Source: a virus. Taken from it: a stretch of DNA of 64,000 bases. The notes below the pieces were generated by a model, which ran no database searches, was not told where the DNA came from, and worked only from the letters and a program-made list of their open reading frames with translations. Location: IMG/VR virus record IMGVR_UViG_3300049783_001607; one strand, 5' to 3'. The position numbers and the translations under genes were made by a program. Of the stretch, positions 36,631 to 47,069 are shown one piece after another. Every line of letters begins with the position of its first letter. Position 1 is the first letter of the stretch.

Positions 36631-37423
36631 TCTAAAAAAATTTAAAAGAAAAAAATCAAGGCTTAATAAAAAACCAGTTTTTAAAAATGAAGTATTAGTA
36701 GGAATAATATCTAAAAGAAAAAAGAAGGTATATCCATCCCATAAAAATAAGCTCGTGTATACTTATGTACTAAAAGACATAAAAAAGAATATTTATAAGA
36801 TAGGTAAAACAGCCGATCCTCACGCAAGATTTAAATCGTTGTGTAAAAAAGGACGAGTAATGCCAATAGCACTAGTTAACAAAGATATAGAAGGAGTATT
36901 ACATAAAGAATACGCGGATAATAGAATATTTAATGAAGAGTATAAAATGAACGGAGCTACTGAGTGGTTTAAACCAGGAGGAAAGTTTGACAAGTTTATT
37001 GAGACGGTAGATAAAGGAAAGTTTTTACCTTATATAACTCTTCATTCCATGACTAAAGATTTAATTGAAGACAATGTTATAAGAATAAATGATTCTACAG
37101 TTGAATGGGAATTATCTCAAAGTACCTTTGGGTATTATTTAATAGGTTTAGAATTATTAGTGATGTTGGGCTATATTAAAAAAGCTGGGAAAGTAGTTAT
37201 AGCGGGAGATAGAGATAATATTTTATTGATAGGTAGACGAATATCTGTATCTGATCATATATATAACGAGATTAAAAGTAAATATTTTGTATATTTAGCC
37301 CACAAAGTAACTAAAAGTATTATATCTGAAAATAAAGTCAAAACTTCTAGACTTAGAAAAGTTGTAATTGAAGATACCGACTTTGATTCAGAGTTATTTT
37401 TACTATTAAATAGTGTATTATAA
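36599..37423 (+). CDS. GIY-YIG superfamily (T5orf172/MUG113-like) nuclease domain protein
   Basis: YTYV..YKIGKT..P..R...IE..LH......R....EWF. Confidence 0.75.
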   Translation: MAKVKIIKRHSLKKFKRKKSRLNKKPVFKNEVLVGIISKRKKKVYPSHKNKLVYTYVLKDIKKNIYKIGKTADPHARFKSLCKKGRVMPIALVNKDIEGVLHKEYADNRIFNEEYKMNGATEWFKPGGKFDKFIETVDKGKFLPYITLHSMTKDLIEDNVIRINDSTVEWELSQSTFGYYLIGLELLVMLGYIKKAGKVVIAGDRDNILLIGRRISVSDHIYNEIKSKYFVYLAHKVTKSIISENKVKTSRLRKVVIEDTDFDSELFLLLNSVL

Positions 37424-37446
37424 TAATAAGATATAAATCATACAAA

Positions 37447-38235
37447 ATGAACTTTTATACAAACCACAAAAAATCTAAGCTAAAGTTTCAAGCAGGTAGC
37501 GTATTACCTAATTCTGGATTTCAAGAGGATAGTTACTACAAAAATTTTTTCCCTGATGTTATGAGTCGTAAAGAAACATCTGCATTACCTCTTTCTGATG
37601 ACCCTGTAAAAACAGCTTCTATGGGAGAATATCTAGCTGTATCAGGATCTCCTGGAAACGTTAAACCTATTATTTCTGACGCTAATTTATTACAGATTTT
37701 AGATGATAAACTAGAAAACGCTAAACAAGGAAAAGGAATCGAAGAGTTACAAAGAGAATTAAAAGTAGTAGACGATGACATTTGGGGTCCAAAATCTCAA
37801 AAGGCTTTCGATAATCTAAGAAGAGAGCTGTATCTTAATACTGTAGAAGGTAGAGAAGAAGATAGTAAGATTAAATATATACAAGAACATCTAGGAGTTA
37901 GATCTGACGGAATTTGGGGAAGAAAAACTCAAGACGCTTATAAAATAGTTACTAACAGACAAAATACATTAGGTGTATCTGAAGACGGGATTTGGGGAAA
38001 AGAATCCCAAGCAGCTCAAGATGAGTTAACAAATTCTTTATCTAGGCCTATTAAAGCATTATATGATGAGGATATGACTTCTGGATTACTGGCAAAAAGA
38101 GCACAGCCTCTTGAAGGAGCTGAATCTAGAAAAGCTAGAAGAGATTATAAAAGAAAAATAAGAAAAGCTAAAAGAGTTTCTAGAAAAGAGGCTAGAGAAA
38201 ATAAAAAATTAGAGGGAGGTGGTCTTTTCTACTAG
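37447..38235 (+). CDS. Peptidoglycan-binding repeat protein, probable virion cargo
   Basis: Three Q..LGV..DGIWG..(S/T)Q.A repeats; KFQAG and EGGGLFY termini. Confidence 0.75.
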   Translation: MNFYTNHKKSKLKFQAGSVLPNSGFQEDSYYKNFFPDVMSRKETSALPLSDDPVKTASMGEYLAVSGSPGNVKPIISDANLLQILDDKLENAKQGKGIEELQRELKVVDDDIWGPKSQKAFDNLRRELYLNTVEGREEDSKIKYIQEHLGVRSDGIWGRKTQDAYKIVTNRQNTLGVSEDGIWGKESQAAQDELTNSLSRPIKALYDEDMTSGLLAKRAQPLEGAESRKARRDYKRKIRKAKRVSRKEARENKKLEGGGLFY

Positions 38236-38291
38236 CTCAATAAAAAGTGCGAAAATAGCATTTAATAAGAACAATATGAAAACAACTAAAT

Positions 38292-39185
38292 ATGTTAATA
38301 GAAGATTGGAGACCTAAATTATATTGCAAAAATGTAGAGTGTCAAAACCTTTCACCAAATAAAAAAGTATTTTTTATAGAGGAAGGGCATAAATATTACC
38401 ATGAAAATGATATAGTAAACGGAAAAATAACGCCGTTTGAAAACTCTGAATTTAAATTTAAATCTCCTACAGGAATAATAGGAGATCTTTACGAACATTT
38501 TGACGTCATACCCCAAGCAAAAAAATATGTCAAAAAACATGAGCTACCTATTACATGGGAGCAGTTAGTATATGCTTGGGAGCAGTTAGGTTTAATAGCC
38601 TCTGAAGAAGGTACGATACTTCACGGTTATGGAGAAGCTTTATTCAATAACTGGCCTATGGAAGCTCCTACTTTAATCAAACAGCCTTTTGTACATACTC
38701 TATACAAAGAACTTTTATCTAAATATACGTTAGCTAAAACAGAGCTTCTTGTATATTCTACTAGATTACGATTAGCTGGCCAAGTTGATCTATTAATGAA
38801 AAATAAAGACGGCTCAGAATATTACATTTTAGATTATAAATTTTTAAATAAGCCTATAGAGAAAAAAAGCTTTTTTAATTGGGGAACAAAAAAATTTAAA
38901 ATGATGAAAGGCCCTTTCAAGCATTTAATGGATTGTAATTTTATACACTATAGTATTCAAATGGAGCTATACAGATATCTTATGGGATCTATAGGTAATA
39001 AGGTTAAAAATAAAACTTTAATGGTTGTAACAACTAAAAACTATGAATTAGTTGAAGGGCATCCTATTAAAATATGGTTTTCAGCAGACGGTGTAATGCA
39101 TGCAAAATATCGACATTACAAAAATAAATTATATGATAGCTCTAAAGATAACAGCTATTTAAAAAACACTTACAAAATACTTTAA
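38292..39185 (+). CDS. PD-(D/E)XK exonuclease (Cas4/RecB-like)
   Basis: GTILH, E..V, LAGQVDLL, ILDYK, QMELY. Confidence 0.85.
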   Translation: MLIEDWRPKLYCKNVECQNLSPNKKVFFIEEGHKYYHENDIVNGKITPFENSEFKFKSPTGIIGDLYEHFDVIPQAKKYVKKHELPITWEQLVYAWEQLGLIASEEGTILHGYGEALFNNWPMEAPTLIKQPFVHTLYKELLSKYTLAKTELLVYSTRLRLAGQVDLLMKNKDGSEYYILDYKFLNKPIEKKSFFNWGTKKFKMMKGPFKHLMDCNFIHYSIQMELYRYLMGSIGNKVKNKTLMVVTTKNYELVEGHPIKIWFSADGVMHAKYRHYKNKLYDSSKDNSYLKNTYKIL

Positions 39186-39186
39186 T

Positions 39187-39444
39187 ATGGAAAATAATTT
39201 AAGACCTAGAACAGACAGAATATTTTTTGCTTCAGGTGATTTAGTACAGCTAAAACATAAACTTCGTAATAAACCAGAAATGCTTGTACAATCAGTTGAT
39301 AAAACAATAATTAAATCATTCACTGAAGAAAATAATAAAGGTACATTATTAGGAATTACCTGTATATGGTTCACAGATACTGGAGCACTTCAAAAGCATC
39401 GATTTAATACTAAGGACATAGAAAAGATAGATAGCGATGATTAA
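39187..39444 (+). CDS. YodC/DUF2158-like small protein
   Basis: F..GDLVQLK...PEM.V...C.WF...G.LQ...F. Confidence 0.7.
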   Translation: MENNLRPRTDRIFFASGDLVQLKHKLRNKPEMLVQSVDKTIIKSFTEENNKGTLLGITCIWFTDTGALQKHRFNTKDIEKIDSDD

Positions 39445-40006
39445 ATTTACTTTAGTAGGTGGGAAAGTAGTGCTTGATCCTAATATAGTACTATTTGAGC
39501 CGTTACATAAATTGTATAAAAGTAAAAACGGGCCTAAATATTTACAAGTTATTTATTATATGAATTCTACGGATCCTGATAATCCGTTTAGAGATTTTGA
39601 TCCCTTTGTATTAGAAGAAAATGTTTTAATGACCATTTTTAAAAAGAATAGTTTTGAATCTTTGAAAATGTCTGGCGAGTTAAAACTTTTATTCCAGGAG
39701 GCAGAAGATATTTTTATAAAGCATAACAGCACCCCTGAAAAAAGATTACTTAAAGCAGTAGATAAAAAACTTGATGAAATATCTACTATGCTTAATGAAA
39801 ACATACCTAAAATAGAAGAATCTGTTAGTGAAATACATGGAACAAAGTTTAGTACTAACTTAAATATAATGCTTAATGCTTTTACTAAAATAGAAGTTAT
39901 TATGAAAAGTAAAACTTTATTGCAAAACGCGGTTCTTAAAGCTGACGGTGCAGGTAAAGTAAGAGGCGGAGGTTCAACTAGTTTTAGAGAAAGGGGACTT
40001 AAATAA
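39437..40006 (+). CDS. Conserved protein upstream of terminase (possible small terminase subunit)
   Basis: Position and translational coupling to TerL; helical. Confidence 0.5.
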   Translation: MIKFTLVGGKVVLDPNIVLFEPLHKLYKSKNGPKYLQVIYYMNSTDPDNPFRDFDPFVLEENVLMTIFKKNSFESLKMSGELKLLFQEAEDIFIKHNSTPEKRLLKAVDKKLDEISTMLNENIPKIEESVSEIHGTKFSTNLNIMLNAFTKIEVIMKSKTLLQNAVLKADGAGKVRGGGSTSFRERGLK

Positions 40007-42177
40007 TGAGAATAAGTGCAAAAACAAAGTACGATCGGTACAACAAAAATAAACTTCCTTTTCTAAATAGGTCGGATGACAAAATAATGAATGGTCATTG
40101 GGATGTTACAGAAACAGTTGAATTTTTAACAGGTATACGTACAGGCGAGGAGGAAATAAGACTAAAAGATTACTTAGTCTATAGACCTTTGCCTAAAGCT
40201 ATTACTGCTTTAACCGTAAAACCTGATGTACATCCGCAGAGCTATGACATGCAGATGTACTATAAGAAAATAAACAAGGCCATGGAAGAAGGAATCTATA
40301 TAGGTTCTGAGTACTATAACCCTATGTTTTGTTTTTGGCTTATTATGTTTATGTTTGAAATCCCATTATATGATGACAAAGGTAACCCTCTAGACGGTTT
40401 TGAAGTAGGTAGACCTTTGTATTCTAATATTGATAGATACGTTTTTGATCTTTTATGGAAAGGGTACAAAACTAGAAAGTACGGAGCCATAATGGGAGGA
40501 AGAGGTATAGGTAAATCTTTTATTACTGATTCTGTAATGGCTTGGTACTATATGATTTTTGATAGCCAAGAGTTAATTGTATCTGCAACTTCTGATCCAA
40601 TTGTAGAAGAAGCTTGGGATAAAGTTACAGACACTATTAAAGCCATAGAAAAAGAATACCCGGGATACAGACAAAAGCAAAAAACCAGCTCAACTAAAAA
40701 AATTGTAGCTGGAGAAGAGTATTTTGATAGTAATCACGATGAACAGACAAGAGGGTCTGGTAACGAAATTAGAAGAATAACTTACGCAGATAATCCTAAC
40801 GTTACAAGGGGTAGAAGACCTCATTTTCAACACATAGAAGAATTTGCATCATTCCCGTCACACCCGTCAAAAGGATCTCTTAAAAATTGTTTGGGACAAT
40901 CCAAAGGTTCTTGGAAAATAATGGGTTCTATTATGAAAGCTTTTGTAATGTTGACTGGTACAGGGGGATCTGTAAATAATAAAGACGCTGAAGACGTGTT
41001 TACTAATCCACGAGGTTTTAATTTGCTTCTTGTAAACGAGTGGGGAAGAGAGACAGGTATATTTATTCCGGCTTATTTAAAGTATGGAGGAACATGGGAG
41101 CATTCTGGAGTACCTAATATTGAACTAGCTATGAGACAGCTGATTCAATCTAGAAAAGATTTAGAGTCAGATCCTGTAGCATTTATGCAAGAATTACAAG
41201 AATTCCCTATAACATTAGAAGAAGTTTTTACTGTAACAGGTACAAATATATTTAATCAAGACAAGATTGCTGAGCAGCTTACTAAATTAAAAGTGGCGAC
41301 AGTTAAACCTTGGAAAGAAGGAAGACTTGACTATATAATGGATAAAGAAGGTAACCCTACCGGAGTAGAGTTTATAGAAGTTAGAGGAGGTAAAATTATA
41401 ATTGTAGAGCCGCCAGATATAGAATCGAATGGCCAAATAATGAATAATTTATATGTGGGCGGAGTGGATAGTATTGATCAAGGTAAAAAAGATTCTTTAG
41501 TAGACGGGTCTAAGCTAGCTGTAGCAATTAAAAAGCGTATATCTAATAACATGTTTAGCAGGACTAGTCAAGTATACGTTGCATTTTATAATGAAAGATC
41601 TGACGATGTTAGATGGGATTATGAAAATGTACTTAAGCTGTCGATGTATTACAACGCTAAGTTAAATATTGAGTATACCAAAATAAATATTATATCTTTT
41701 TTTAGGGATAAAGGTCAGTTATGGAGAATATTAAAAAGACCTTCTATTGCTATAGGGTCTAATGTCAGCGGCGCTAAAGCCAGTACTCTTTTAGGTACTC
41801 CTGCAACAGGTGCTGTAATCGATCACCAGGATCAAAAATTTGCGGATTATATTGACGATTATTACTATCTAATTATGTATATTCCAGTTTTGGAACAATC
41901 TAGAGATTACTCTAGAGAAAAAAGGACTGCGTTTGATTTTGTTGTAGCCTGCGGATTAGCGGAACTAGCTGATGAAGATTTTTTAGGTAAGCCTGCTTCC
42001 ACTACTGGTACAGCCTCAAGCGACCTTGCTATGATAGGTGTCTATAGAGATAGAAATGGTAAAAAAAGATGGGGGCCAATACCTAAAAAAGAAACCGAAA
42101 TTACTTCTATTGCAGAAGAAGAATTACAGAGTGATAATAGCTCTGACGCATATAAATGGGTAGTTGATAGTCCATAG
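40006..42177 (+). CDS. terL: Terminase large subunit
   Basis: Walker A GGRGIGKS, Walker B HIEE, TGTGG motif III, RNase H-like YVGGVDSID. Confidence 0.93.
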   Translation: MRISAKTKYDRYNKNKLPFLNRSDDKIMNGHWDVTETVEFLTGIRTGEEEIRLKDYLVYRPLPKAITALTVKPDVHPQSYDMQMYYKKINKAMEEGIYIGSEYYNPMFCFWLIMFMFEIPLYDDKGNPLDGFEVGRPLYSNIDRYVFDLLWKGYKTRKYGAIMGGRGIGKSFITDSVMAWYYMIFDSQELIVSATSDPIVEEAWDKVTDTIKAIEKEYPGYRQKQKTSSTKKIVAGEEYFDSNHDEQTRGSGNEIRRITYADNPNVTRGRRPHFQHIEEFASFPSHPSKGSLKNCLGQSKGSWKIMGSIMKAFVMLTGTGGSVNNKDAEDVFTNPRGFNLLLVNEWGRETGIFIPAYLKYGGTWEHSGVPNIELAMRQLIQSRKDLESDPVAFMQELQEFPITLEEVFTVTGTNIFNQDKIAEQLTKLKVATVKPWKEGRLDYIMDKEGNPTGVEFIEVRGGKIIIVEPPDIESNGQIMNNLYVGGVDSIDQGKKDSLVDGSKLAVAIKKRISNNMFSRTSQVYVAFYNERSDDVRWDYENVLKLSMYYNAKLNIEYTKINIISFFRDKGQLWRILKRPSIAIGSNVSGAKASTLLGTPATGAVIDHQDQKFADYIDDYYYLIMYIPVLEQSRDYSREKRTAFDFVVACGLAELADEDFLGKPASTTGTASSDLAMIGVYRDRNGKKRWGPIPKKETEITSIAEEELQSDNSSDAYKWVVDSP

Positions 42178-42243
42178 TAGAATAATATAAAAATTAAATA
42201 GTATTATATAATCATGAGTAAATAACATAATAATAAGAACAAT

Positions 42244-42981
42244 ATGAAAACACAAAGTAAAGGCATCACTAAAGCCGATGTTGTAAATGGTACGAATGGA
42301 CCTAATGTAGTTAGAAGTATGGCGAGAGCTAAAAATTTAACTGCTAAAAATGATTTAAGTGAAATTAGAGCGGTAGGTGATAGAATAGTGGTAACACTAA
42401 AATCATGGCCTGCACAAAGTATGAACGGAGTATTTATGCCTGAAAGTTATACTGTAATTAGAGGTAATATGTATGTTACAGAAGTTGTATCTATAGGATC
42501 AGATGTAACTTTAGTAAAAGCTGGAGATGTGATAGTTGTATCCATTTATTCAGGATTTCATATAACAACAAAAACAGGGCATGCTAAAATAATATCAGAA
42601 TCAGACGTACTAATTTTTAAATCAAAAAAAGAGATGGACACAAATAAATCATTTAACCCAAAAACATTCAAACCTGGGATTAATAATATACTAGTTGAAA
42701 TGATCGAAAGAAAGCAAGTTGTAACCGCATCTGGAATTATTTCAGAAGTAGGTGAAGATGACGTTTTTAATGACAATGATGTTGTAACTAAGTCAGCTAA
42801 AATTCTAGCAGTGGGGCCTACTAACGACTATGGAAAAGATTATAAAGACGTAGGTATAGGATCTGTAATTATTATAGACTCTTTTGTAGGAAATAATTTA
42901 AACACTTCCGATATATCAGACGATTCAAAATACAGAGTTTTATTAAGTACTGATATATTAGGATATATTGTAAAAAAATAA
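42244..42981 (+). CDS. groES: Co-chaperonin with two tandem GroES-like domains
   Basis: IRAVGDRIVV..VVSIG..VKAGDVI and FKPG.NNILVE..TASGII..ILAVG. Confidence 0.72.
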   Translation: MKTQSKGITKADVVNGTNGPNVVRSMARAKNLTAKNDLSEIRAVGDRIVVTLKSWPAQSMNGVFMPESYTVIRGNMYVTEVVSIGSDVTLVKAGDVIVVSIYSGFHITTKTGHAKIISESDVLIFKSKKEMDTNKSFNPKTFKPGINNILVEMIERKQVVTASGIISEVGEDDVFNDNDVVTKSAKILAVGPTNDYGKDYKDVGIGSVIIIDSFVGNNLNTSDISDDSKYRVLLSTDILGYIVKK

Positions 42982-42993
42982 CAGACAAATTAT

Positions 42994-45285
42994 ATGTATA
43001 CCAATAACTATTCATCTATAAAAGACGAAGTGTATTTGTCAGAAGCTGAAAAGCTTAAGCCTCAACATTTCAAAGATAAAGCTGATTTCTATATAGAAAG
43101 TCTAGTTGGTGTTAAAATAGGCGTTGAAACAGCGCGTAACTATTACTCCAGTGTTAGAGATCAATTAGATTTTGAGTATTTAGAAGATATTTATGGTATG
43201 CAAAATCCTATTGATTTAGGGTTTACAAACATTATAAAACCAAGAGTAGATGCACTTGTCGGGCTTAGTTTATTATCTGAGCCCGTCTTTAGTGTAGCGT
43301 ATACAGATAGTGAAACAGTTAATTTAGTAGACCAAGAAAAAATGGACGGTTTATTAAAAGAGCTGGATGCCGATTTTCAATCAAGAGTAAAAAGCAATAA
43401 AAGAACTGCGGATAAAACCCCGGATCAAAAGCCTGACATTTCTGAAAATCCTTCTGAAGGACTTAAAGATTGGCTATCTAAAGTAACGAATAAATACGGC
43501 GACTCTTATAAATCATCTTTTGAAATAGCTGCAGAAAATATACTTAGACATATAGAAACTGACGCGGATATAGACATGTCTAACATTAAAAAAGAAGTAT
43601 CTAAAGATTATTTTACAACTGGTGAAGGGTATACTAGATCTGTATATAAAGGAAAAGGTAAAGATCCTATTATTGAATGTGTTAAACCAGAAAATATATT
43701 TACTAATAGACCTAGACATGAAAGAGATCTAAAGAAAGCAGATGTTGTAGTAACTAAACAAAGAGTTACAGTTCACAATATATTAAAAGAATTAGGCGAT
43801 GTAATTAGTAAAAAAGATGCAGAGCTATTATTTACTTCTTACAGTACTTTAGGGAATGATATTAATATAAAAGAAGGTGCTCCAGATGTAATGATTTCTC
43901 AAAATGGGAAACATGAAATGGACCGCGAGGATATAAAAACAGGGTATGCAAATTCTCATCACGGTCTTGTAGGAGATTTAGTTGATTTTTATCACGTTGA
44001 GTGGTTAGCTTCTACTAGAATATCTGATGGAAAAGGTGGCCATGTGTATAGAGAAGATAGGTATGAATCTTATAGAGTAGGTACTGAAATACATATTGGA
44101 GGAAGACGTTGTGAAGAAGCTCCTAGAAGTGAAGATTCTTTATGGAAAACTACATTATCTTACTCAGGTTTAATTAATGTATCACCTAAAGGTGTTATTG
44201 AATCTATGATTAATAATATGAGAGAAATTCAAGATCTCTATGATATAATGATGTTTTTTAGAAATAATACAGTAGCTAATTCTGGAGTGTCTGGTTCCCG
44301 AGTTAACGTTGCTGCTATCCCTAAATCACTAGGTAACAATCTAGTAGAAAGACTGTCAAAATGGATAGTATTTCGTAAACAAGGGCTTGAACTTGTAGAT
44401 CCTACAGAAGACGGCGCGCAACAATTTAATCATTACGGTGATTTTGATTCTTCTGTAAATCATAATTCTATTCAAGCTATTAACGCTATTTTAGAATCTT
44501 TAGCAGCTCAAGCAGATATTATATCAGGTGTACCTAGACAAATGTTAGGTATTATTGAACAAAGAGATGCAGTGGAAAACGTTAAAGTAGGTATTAATCA
44601 AGTATCTGTATTATCTTTAGAACTATTTAAAGATATAGATCGATGTTTAAATAGAACAGTCCAAGAAACGTTAGACGCGTTTAAATTTTCTTACAAAGAA
44701 CAACCTAAAAGAGGGGTTAGAAAACATGGTACTACTGTTATACCTTTTGTAGTACATCCAAGTAAATTTGCAATGACAGATTATAAAGTATCTGTTATTT
44801 CAGCAGGTATAGAAAATCCTAAGCTTCTTAAAATAATCAACTTATCTAAAGAACTAGTAGCAGCGGGAGCACTGCCTGCAACAGTCATGATTAAAATTTT
44901 AAACAAAAAATCAGTTCATGAAATAGAAAATCTAGTTGAAGAAGCCTTAGAAAAACAAAAAGAAGAGAACATTAGTATTCAAAAAATGCAGCAAGCTCTA
45001 GAAGAGTCTCAAACAAGTATAAAGCAGCTAGAGGCTGAAATTGCTAGGTTAACTAACAATGCTCAAGCACAGCAAAAAGATAAATTAAAATTAGAGACTG
45101 TTATAGCAGAACAAAAAAACATTCACAAGCTAAAAGAATTAGATCTCATAGAAAAAAAGAATATTAAAGAAGGGCAAATTAAAGATAAAGAAATACTGCT
45201 TAAAGCGGAAACAGTGGAGCTTGAAAAAGAAGAGTTACTATTCGCTACTGGAAATGCTAAAGAAGTTAACAACAATTTAAATTAA
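42994..45285 (+). CDS. Portal protein
   Basis: 763 aa after TerL; NIIKPRVD.LVG, ISGVPRQMLG, C-terminal coiled-coil barrel. Confidence 0.88.
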   Translation: MYTNNYSSIKDEVYLSEAEKLKPQHFKDKADFYIESLVGVKIGVETARNYYSSVRDQLDFEYLEDIYGMQNPIDLGFTNIIKPRVDALVGLSLLSEPVFSVAYTDSETVNLVDQEKMDGLLKELDADFQSRVKSNKRTADKTPDQKPDISENPSEGLKDWLSKVTNKYGDSYKSSFEIAAENILRHIETDADIDMSNIKKEVSKDYFTTGEGYTRSVYKGKGKDPIIECVKPENIFTNRPRHERDLKKADVVVTKQRVTVHNILKELGDVISKKDAELLFTSYSTLGNDINIKEGAPDVMISQNGKHEMDREDIKTGYANSHHGLVGDLVDFYHVEWLASTRISDGKGGHVYREDRYESYRVGTEIHIGGRRCEEAPRSEDSLWKTTLSYSGLINVSPKGVIESMINNMREIQDLYDIMMFFRNNTVANSGVSGSRVNVAAIPKSLGNNLVERLSKWIVFRKQGLELVDPTEDGAQQFNHYGDFDSSVNHNSIQAINAILESLAAQADIISGVPRQMLGIIEQRDAVENVKVGINQVSVLSLELFKDIDRCLNRTVQETLDAFKFSYKEQPKRGVRKHGTTVIPFVVHPSKFAMTDYKVSVISAGIENPKLLKIINLSKELVAAGALPATVMIKILNKKSVHEIENLVEEALEKQKEENISIQKMQQALEESQTSIKQLEAEIARLTNNAQAQQKDKLKLETVIAEQKNIHKLKELDLIEKKNIKEGQIKDKEILLKAETVELEKEELLFATGNAKEVNNNLN

Positions 45286-45291
45286 AATATA

Positions 45292-46326
45292 ATGGACAAT
45301 ATCAAAAGTGTATCTGTAGTAGATACTAATGGAAATTTAGCTGACGATATTATTAAAATATACGCTGATAAACCTGCTGTAACAGCATCACTGACTGATG
45401 GATCAACTGGGAAAAGAAATCTAAAAGTTTCCCCTTCCAATGTAAGATTTGACTCTATACCTAATATATCAGGATCTACTTATAAAACATTTCTTGCGTA
45501 TAATGGTACTTTAGGGTATTCAAACAAAGTTTTTTCTTCTGTAGTAGCCCAAAATTCTGGGTTATTTATATCAAGCGCTCCCCCATCATTGGAGTACAGC
45601 CCTTCAGATATTGTACAACCTGAGCAGGCAGAATTATCTACGGATGTTATAGATATTAAAATGTATAATGGACAAATTGACGTGTTAAAATATTCTGAAG
45701 GAGTTTTATCTAACGGTGAAAAATCTTACTTTGTAACATCTCGAAGAGCTTACCCTACAACTGTAACTTCATTACCTAACGCTAGCGGGAAAAAATTATA
45801 CATGGATGGCTGGTATTCTTATACTACTATAATATTTAGAAATATAGAACTTGGAGGAGCTGTATCTAAAGGCAACTTTTACGGTTTTAAAGGGTTTATT
45901 TTTAAAGCTACTGATAACGGTACTTTATTTCAAAATGAAGGATCCAGCATTTTAGCTATATTAAAAGAGGGAGATACTGCTTCAATTAACAGCGTTGAGC
46001 AAAATAAAAATGAGAATTATGAAGAGCTTTTATTTAGTTTGAATGAAACTACGGGATTAGCTTCTCAAGGTAATAATGTTTATGTCCATTCTCAAATTTT
46101 AGTTATGGATGAAATAAGAGACGCTATAACTAGTGAAGCAGTTAAATCTGCTTTTGCAATAGATACAGACTACGTAGATTTTCAAAATTGGCAAAAACTT
46201 TCCTTAAAAAGACTAGGGGCCAATGTAATGTTTCAAAACGAATTATTTGAAAACGCGCAAATTATTATAGAATCAGCTAGAAATTTATGTAGTAAAGAAA
46301 GGTATAATTTTAATTCGAGTAATTAA
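45292..46326 (+). CDS. Putative structural protein
   Basis: Position in head module. Confidence 0.6.
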   Translation: MDNIKSVSVVDTNGNLADDIIKIYADKPAVTASLTDGSTGKRNLKVSPSNVRFDSIPNISGSTYKTFLAYNGTLGYSNKVFSSVVAQNSGLFISSAPPSLEYSPSDIVQPEQAELSTDVIDIKMYNGQIDVLKYSEGVLSNGEKSYFVTSRRAYPTTVTSLPNASGKKLYMDGWYSYTTIIFRNIELGGAVSKGNFYGFKGFIFKATDNGTLFQNEGSSILAILKEGDTASINSVEQNKNENYEELLFSLNETTGLASQGNNVYVHSQILVMDEIRDAITSEAVKSAFAIDTDYVDFQNWQKLSLKRLGANVMFQNELFENAQIIIESARNLCSKERYNFNSSN

Positions 46327-46328
46327 TT

Positions 46329-46595
46329 ATGATAGTATTAAATGATATTTGGACTGCCTCTAATATGGCTTATGAAGAAATAGCAATGTTACAACTTGAC
46401 ATAGCTAAAAGATCGCGTATATCCGGGGATGTAAATATTTTCAATAAAAAACAAATGCAATCTACAGAATTATACGCTTATTTAGATGCTGTTGGAAACA
46501 TTGATTTTAATCATTCAATTGAAAATAATAAAATAATAGAAAGAGTGTATCATAAAATAAAATTAATTACAAAAGACTTAAGACAATGGGACTAA
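46329..46595 (+). CDS. Hypothetical protein
   Basis: Operon-packed. Confidence 0.65.
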   Translation: MIVLNDIWTASNMAYEEIAMLQLDIAKRSRISGDVNIFNKKQMQSTELYAYLDAVGNIDFNHSIENNKIIERVYHKIKLITKDLRQWD

Positions 46596-46990
46596 ATAAA
46601 TACCGTAAATATAGTAATCAGTTTGAAGATAATGGAGAAGAGATCTTTAGAACAGTAGAGGATAATTTTATACCCGATTTTAAAAATAGACATACTATTC
46701 AGATTTGGGATATATCTAATGTTGTCAATCCCGTAGTCAATAAATGGGTAGGTACTACTTTAACTAACAGTACATTACATGAGATTACAATAGTAAATAA
46801 TAGCAATGCTACTAACAGAATTAAGTTTACTTCTAACTACGATTTAATAGACGAACAGTTTATAGTTGATACAGATATTTTAATCGGTCCTAATGGCACC
46901 GCTCATTTTTATTGTACTGCGATTTTAGTAGATAATAATCTGGTTTTAGCTATGCGTACAGGATCTCAAAATAAAAGAAAATTAGATTAA
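46586..46990 (+). CDS. Hypothetical protein
   Basis: Operon-packed. Confidence 0.65.
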   Translation: MGLNKYRKYSNQFEDNGEEIFRTVEDNFIPDFKNRHTIQIWDISNVVNPVVNKWVGTTLTNSTLHEITIVNNSNATNRIKFTSNYDLIDEQFIVDTDILIGPNGTAHFYCTAILVDNNLVLAMRTGSQNKRKLD

Positions 46991-47069
46991 TTTAGATTTG
47001 AGAGTAATGGTTTTAAATTAAAAGTGTATAATAATAATAAGTACATAAATAATAATAAGAAATAATAAG

